From Lama glama (lineage: Eukaryota): 64,000 bases of DNA. The notes beneath the pieces were generated by a model. That model ran no database searches. It was not told the DNA's origin and saw only the letters and a list, made by a program, of their open reading frames with translations. The stretch's first letter is position 1. The number at the start of each line of letters is the position of its first letter. Below are positions 62,791 to 64,000 of the stretch, one piece after another. The stretch covers positions 9,798,001 through 9,862,000 of the forward strand of contig CM052817.1 of assembly GCA_028534125.1 (NCBI GenBank), written 5' to 3'. The position numbers and the translations under genes are program-made.

Positions 62791-64000
62791 CTTCTTATAG
62801 TAAAATCATGCTTTTAGAAGTGGAATGGCCATCAAGATTAAAGGCTGCATTTCTCATCTTCCTCTGTAGCGAAGTGTGCCCCTATGACTACATTTTGGCA
62901 ATTAAGACAAGAGCAAATAATAAACATTTTCTAGTACCTGTTCTTACAAGGCAGCTGGCAGGTGTCCACTGCTGCTGCTACTTTTCCTTCCTCTTCCTTC
63001 TCCTTTCTCATCCCCTTTCTTTTCTCTAACCATTCCTACTGGCTGGAATGTAGTCATGATGGCTGGAACTGGAGCAGCTATTTTGGACTGAGCAGATGGG
63101 TCTCCAACAATGTGAAATGTCTTGCCAGTTCCAGGTACTGACCTCTAGATTCATATGTGAGAGAAAAATAAAATTCTATCTGCAGTTATAGGTCTTATTA
63201 ACTCAGATCAAATCCTGATATACTTGTTCATAGAAGTTGTATGAGGTTAAATGAAATGTGTACGTGACACATATACGCAGCCCTTGATAAATGCTGCCTG
63301 TCACTGTTGCTGTTATTACTTCAGCTCACCAAGCAAGTGGGTGACTGGTCTGGAATTTTGTCCTGCGGCTGTTTTACATTGAAACTGTTACATTTTCTAA
63401 GCTGATTTTTACTAAAGTGAGGATGGGTGCCCATACAAAACTGAGAGCAAGGAGAAACACATGTTGCTTTTGGACAAGGGGACAAGCGGGCTGCTATCCT
63501 CTAGCCTGTGTATGTGCCCTAGACCCGACCCCGAGCACCTGTGTGTTCCCACCACCCCAGGTGTGGGATGTATCGACCATATGTGTCCTTCAGGACCCTG
63601 TGAGGATAAGCCATGTTCAAGGTTAACCCATGAGCCACAGGCCACGACTGCCTCTGCTGGCTGGGGATGTCTGCTCACAGCCAGGAAGGTCTGAGCAAGG
63701 GGCACAAAAAGAAAGGAAGGAAATATAATGCTGATATTGACTGGACCCTTATTCTGTGCAGAGCACTGTTCTGAAAGCATTTAACATGTGCTTTATTTAA
63801 TCCCAGGACATCTGAGTTCAGCAGATACTTTCTGGATGAGGAAAGAGAGGCAGGGAGAGGTTGAGTGGTTTTCTCAGGGATGCACAGTATAAGAGGCGGA
63901 GCCAGTGTTGAGATAGGCAGCCTAACCCAAGGGCCTCCCTCCTTGTCCTCAACAAAATGGCTTTCCCTTGTTTCCTGTCCCAAAAACAGCAGGTGCACAG

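Larger units (their letters stand above)
35828..64000 (+). other. CD38: CD38 intron 1 (incomplete; runs off the window)
   Basis: Begins GTGAGT. No sequence encoding exon 2 (..C...W.AF..AF.SK.PC..) was recognised downstream; human intron 1 is also tens of kb long. Confidence 0.75.

Noticed and set aside
1..64000. CRISPR arrays, rRNA or prokaryotic systems
   Set aside because: Mammalian sequence; no regularly spaced repeat-spacer array or rRNA-like sequence was seen.

Overview
Mammalian genomic DNA, most likely a camelid (alpaca or camel), judged from four tRNA-derived Vic-1-like SINEs. The only host gene is CD38: a TATA-less promoter, exon 1 (ATG 35574, GT donor 35828) and about 28 kb of intron 1. 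No exon 2 and no BST1 exon were recognised. The rest is mostly transposable-element debris (L1, L2/MIR, MaLR/ERVL, hAT, Tigger, ERV1 solo LTRs). The notable structure is a nested endogenous-retrovirus complex at about 15.6-23.7 kb. A degraded class-I provirus (tRNA-Ser PBS, gag/IN/env relics, no 3' LTR seen) has its 5' LTR split by a betaretrovirus-like gag-dUTPase element. That inner element has a tRNA-Trp-type PBS and a U5 end reading CG instead of the invariant CA. It is bounded on both sides by U3 ends in inverted orientation, with a perfect 6-bp target-site duplication. Other oddities are a templated inverted duplication in CD38 intron 1, a tail-less internal L1 fragment with a 13-bp TSD, and a possibly disrupted retinoic-acid response element. 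Repeat family names come from recognition by eye, not from a database search, and boundaries of old repeats are approximate. A 500-N assembly gap lies at 22200-22699.
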